The notes under the pieces are model-generated. The model was given only the letters and a program-made list of their open reading frames with translations, was not told the origin of the DNA and did not search any database. The position numbers and the translations under genes were made by a program. Positions 63,132 to 64,000 of a stretch of DNA of 64,000 bases are shown in pieces. Source of the DNA: Protoeuglena noctilucae (Eukaryota); contig OY253673.1 of assembly GCA_958009085.1 (NCBI GenBank), positions 1,364,001 through 1,428,000 of the forward strand, given 5' to 3'. Within the stretch, counting starts at the first letter, position 1, and each line of letters starts with the position of its first letter.

Positions 63132-64000
63132 ATGCAGACGCGTTCGCGGAGGACGGGCGCCGATGGGCGCGCGGGAGCCCCGGCCGTGGCCGGCGCGGCG
63201 GATACGGGGGACGGAAACCTCAAAGACGTGACTGCGCTCGACGCCGCTCTGAATGAGATCGACGTGTTCGGTGAGGCTGGTCGCGAGTGTGTTGTCAGCA
63301 TCGAGGCGCACCGTCCCGCGCTCGCCGAGAACCTCCCCGCCGCGTGGCGCAGTGGAGAGTGCGTGCCGGGAGATTGACAGAAAGGCAGATGCGGCGGCGG
63401 CGAAAATGCGGACGCTCATGAGCATGGCCATGATTCGCATCCCCCTCAACCAGCGCGAGATGAAGATGGAGGAGTGGATGGCCATGGGCAACGGCGACAT
63501 CTTTGAGGTGCGGGAAGCGTCATGCGACTCACGCGAGGGCCTTCGCGGGCCCGAGGGCGACATGGGCCCGCGGCTGTGTCGTCGCAGGTCATCAAGCGTA
63601 TGAACGAGGAGCGTGTGGACCTAATGGAGGCGGATGCTCCGGGCACCGTGGCTGGCATGGCAGCGACAGGGATGCGCACGACCCGTCGCCGGGGCAGGAA
63701 TGCTGAGGACGCTCCCGACGCCACCGTCGTGCGGCCCCGGACACGCATGCGGGCGGACGCGCAGGCCTTCGCCACGCCCGCGCCGAGTCGCGCCGGCCCC
63801 TCCGCCGCGCCGGCCGCAGCTGCCATCGTCCCCGGCACCGCATCCCGCCTCCCCCAGATGGGCGAGGTGGTCTACTCTGCCCAAGGTGCAGGGTTCGACT
63901 TACCAAGCCGCGTGCCCATCGCCGCCGCCCTCTGGTGCTGGACTCCACTGCCATCGCCGCCCTCGCCGCAGGGTCCCCGCTCGGCATCCACCAGGGCGGC
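63132..64000 (+). CDS. Borealin-like chromosomal passenger complex subunit, 3'-truncated by the window edge
   Basis: Helical N-terminal region ending MAMIRIPLNQREMKMEEW (Nbl1/Borealin-N-like), an FATP site, and RLPQMGEVVYSAQ|GSPL (Borealin GE..S.xGSPL motif). Confidence 0.7.

Noticed and set aside
1..64000. Non-standard genetic code (TAR=Gln, as in some Ulvophyceae) or selenocysteine recoding
   Set aside because: TAG and TGA both terminate conserved proteins at expected positions, and no in-frame stops were needed inside the exons I traced.

Overview
This is a GC-rich, intron-rich, gene-dense eukaryotic nuclear segment, almost certainly from a green alga (KCBP, VTE6, MAA3, PAP-fibrillin, plant-type GAD and ATG101; standard genetic code). 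I traced about 21 spliced genes by hand: a Bet1/SFT1-like SNARE (partial), KCBP kinesin-14, a DNAJB12-like J-protein, VTE6, an HMG-box protein, a plastid membrane protein, cereblon, a TPR protein, RCL1, CWC22, a SEN1/MAA3 helicase, a membrane beta-helix protein, GAD, ATG101, a BIRC6-type UBC, a hypothetical protein, EME1, an F-box/WD40 protein, UMP synthase, a PAP-fibrillin and a Borealin-like gene (partial). I saw no RNA genes, transposons or CRISPR arrays. The most unusual signals are in intron architecture. (1) Many introns contain short 'echo' copies of the adjacent exon end plus its splice site; in CWC22 these differ from the real exon mostly at synonymous positions. (2) At least 25 introns (roughly one in five) need a GC donor, mostly GCGAG. 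(3) Long introns have G-rich 5' halves and C-rich, CTCAC-rich 3' halves. Gene orientation also alternates almost strictly, with very short gaps. All gene models are manual, with no RNA evidence, and several start codons are uncertain.
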